Shown here piece by piece: positions 61,636 through 64,000 of a DNA stretch of 64,000 bases. The position numbers and the translations under genes are program-made. Origin of the DNA: Gracilinanus agilis (lineage: Eukaryota). The DNA lies in contig NC_058130.1 of the NCBI RefSeq assembly GCF_016433145.1, positions 729,318,586 through 729,382,585 on the forward strand, in the 5' to 3' direction. The notes under the pieces are model-generated. The model was not told the DNA's origin. It saw only the letters and a list, made by a program, of their open reading frames with translations, and did no database searches. How positions within the stretch are numbered: position 1 is the first letter of the stretch; each line of letters begins with the position of its first letter.

Positions 61636-62095
61636 TGTTACAGTAGAATTTATAACCAAAAAGGTTAAGTCGAGGCAGGCTTCTCTGGGCAAAGTTGTTT
61701 TATTGATGGTGTTGCTACCCACTAATGAAACAGCTCTCTTGGCCCCTCAAATAGCCAAAAGACCCTGAACTGGAGATGCAATACACTTTTATGAGGATAG
61801 AACAAAGAATAGAACAAAAATTACATCATGAATTTAGGAAATTATGATTCGTTACATTCATGAAGGTGGGCATAGGCACACCAGGGACCAGACTCTCCCC
61901 TCTCTGTCTCTAAGAAATGCCCTTGTGAAATTTATGGGCTCCAGCTGCATCTCAAGGTCATAGATATGGGACAGGAGTACCAGATCCAGAGGCGCCCTGG
62001 CATAAGATAAACCATTTGGAATTTACAAGGACATCTGCCAGCACCAGGAGTGGGGGGAAGACAAGGGAGGGAAGGAGATAAGTTCAATCATACAA
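61636..62095 (-). mobile_element. Solo LTR-like element
   Basis: TGTTAC start and ...ATACA end. TTTTATT and CTTTTATG antisense signals. Confidence 0.55.
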
Positions 62096-63689
62096 CTTAG
62101 GAAAACTTGTGTGGAAATTTGTTATAACATGTAATGAGTCAATTTTTAAGAATTCCACATAATTGGGAAATATTTAATAAATAAAATGCAATAAAAAATT
62201 TACAAGGATAGGAGCTTAGTATGGGCCTCAGGATGGCACACAGATGTCATTCTGCTTCTCAGAGACTGTAGTTATGGGAAGAAAAAAACCGCCCTCGGCA
62301 GGCCTGATTTACAGGTGTTGCTGAGATAACAGGAGTTTCTCTTTAATTAGCGGTGTTCATGGGAAAGCAATAGCTTCTCCATTCAGCCACAGAGAGGGAG
62401 ACAACTTTTGAACTTATTTAGCTGCTTAGCTTAGAGACAAAGAGAAGGATTGGGTCTGTTCAGTGAAGGGCAGAATATGGTTACAGAGTAAAATCACACG
62501 GGAATAAAATAGAAATGTGAAATGCTACAATACCTACTTCTTTCAGTTCATTATAGGCCAGCTAAATTTGTGCCCCAAGTTTTGAGACAAAGGGCGGTGG
62601 TTACAGGACAAAAATCTTATCACTAGGATCAATAAGAAAATTATATAGGATCCATTTTAGTCTCCTAAGTCCTTTTTCAGTCCTGAGTTTCTGTGATTCA
62701 GTAGCAGGAAGAAAAACCAGCCCGCCCCCCCTCCCCCATCATGTGGTGGTTAATATTTCTTCAAAGGATAAGTCTATCCTCTCCATTTTCTTTGCTACTG
62801 GCACAATGTCCTACTGAAAGCTGTTGAGTGGCCCCTAGAGGGTGCCCTGTGTCTGCGTACATGATGACATGTAGTGTGCAGAATTCGTAAAGATGTTTCA
62901 TTTTCCTTCTCCCCCAAATCATATGGATCAGAAACTCCAGAAAAAGCCACCTTAGCCTCTAAGGTTAATTATTTGGGGCTGCCTGAATGCATCACTTAGA
63001 CTAGATTAACCTCAGTAGCCTCCAAGGTTAGATATAGTATGGCTGAGACCAGGAATCCAGAAGGTTTTCGGGAAATCTTCCATTGCTTTGGGCTTCCTAA
63101 CTCGGCCCATTCTAGAACCCAAAGTGTTGGGAGCAGAGCCACCCTCGGGTGTCCTCGCCTGGCCCCTCCTCCATCTTCTCTTGTTCCCCTGAATCCCAAG
63201 TCCCGCAACTTTCTCTCTTGTGATGTCACTTTTGTCAGGGTTCCAAGAACTCACTAGCTGCCTTCCAGATTTTGGTTTTAGATGTAACGTTTATGAACCC
63301 CAAGGTCAGCGGAGCACAAGTGCCAGCAGGTTCTACCACACTGGAGAAGCTTTGAGTAGAGTGCTGACTCCAGGCTCTTTGCTATGAGTCAGCCTAGCCC
63401 AGTGTGGAAACGCTAAGGGATGGCTTTTTTTTTTTTTTTTTAACCATAGCAGCTTTAGAAAAAGACATGGCAGGAATGGTTTGTGGTCTGCATGATTTGA
63501 GAGATCCTTGAGACAGAGGGGCAAAGCCCTATGGAGGGATCCGTAGCATCGAAGCTGGGGGTATCCTGAGGAAGACAAGCAAGGAAGGGCAGGGATCTGG
63601 AAACCACCCCATTCAGGGAACAGAAGCAGAAATAGCCCTAGAGGCCAAACCCTGCCTTTGACACATAGGAGACCTTGAGCACTTGTCAC

Positions 63690-63960
63690 TTAACCCTGGA
63701 CCCCAGCATCCTCGTTTTGTAATGGAAGGGAGCCTGGACTCGGTGGTCTTCAGGGTCCCTTCTAGCTTGAGATGGAAGCTTCAGCAGAGCCTCACCTTTC
63801 TCCAGATGCTCTCTGAGGTACCCTCCAGCAACATAACCCCATTTGGAGTTTTCTTGGCAAAGATATTGGGGTAGTTTGCCATTTCCTTTTCTAGCTCATT
63901 TTGCAGATGAGAAAACTGAGGCTAACAGGGTCAAGTGATTTGGCCAGATTTGAACTCAGG
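63690..63960. mobile_element. MIR/marsupial SINE fragments
   Basis: tttgcagatgagaaaactgaggctaacagggtcaagtga. Confidence 0.7.
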
Positions 63961-64000
63961 AAGAGGAGCCTAACTGGCATAAAAAGCTTGGATAGGGCTC

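Noticed and set aside
1-64000. CRISPR arrays, operons, rRNA or other prokaryotic-type systems
   Set aside because: The sequence is mammalian. There are no regularly spaced repeat-spacer arrays, and dispersed repeats are SINE/LINE/LTR copies.

Overview
Eukaryotic, repeat-rich and AT-rich DNA from a marsupial, most likely a didelphid opossum such as Monodelphis domestica (inferred from SINE1_Mdo-type SINEs, marsupial L1, RTE, CR1/L3, L2 and MIR). The window holds one complete protein-coding gene on the + strand, MOB3A (MOB kinase activator 3A). It has a CpG-island promoter and non-coding exon 1 (donor at 11630), three coding exons (37712-38132, 52040-52242, 57508-57537; 421+203+30 = 654 nt, 217 aa, all GT-AG) and a 3' UTR of about 1.3-2.7 kb. 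Introns are 25,960, 13,907 and 5,265 bp. Everything else is transposon-derived, often nested and with readable target-site duplications (TSDs), plus one 141-N assembly gap. I found no convincing new multi-gene system. The most unusual observations are: an LTR-like element bracketed by a ~165-bp direct duplication; a ~190-bp templated insertion into an L2; nested inverted SINEs around the 203-nt exon (circRNA/editing geometry); a CpG-rich solo LTR that looks like an antisense promoter; DNA-transposon MITEs resembling horizontally transferred families; and no recognisable IZUMO4 head-to-head with the promoter. Repeat family names are from recall of consensus sequences and were not run through RepeatMasker. 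Repeat boundaries are approximate unless a TSD is quoted.
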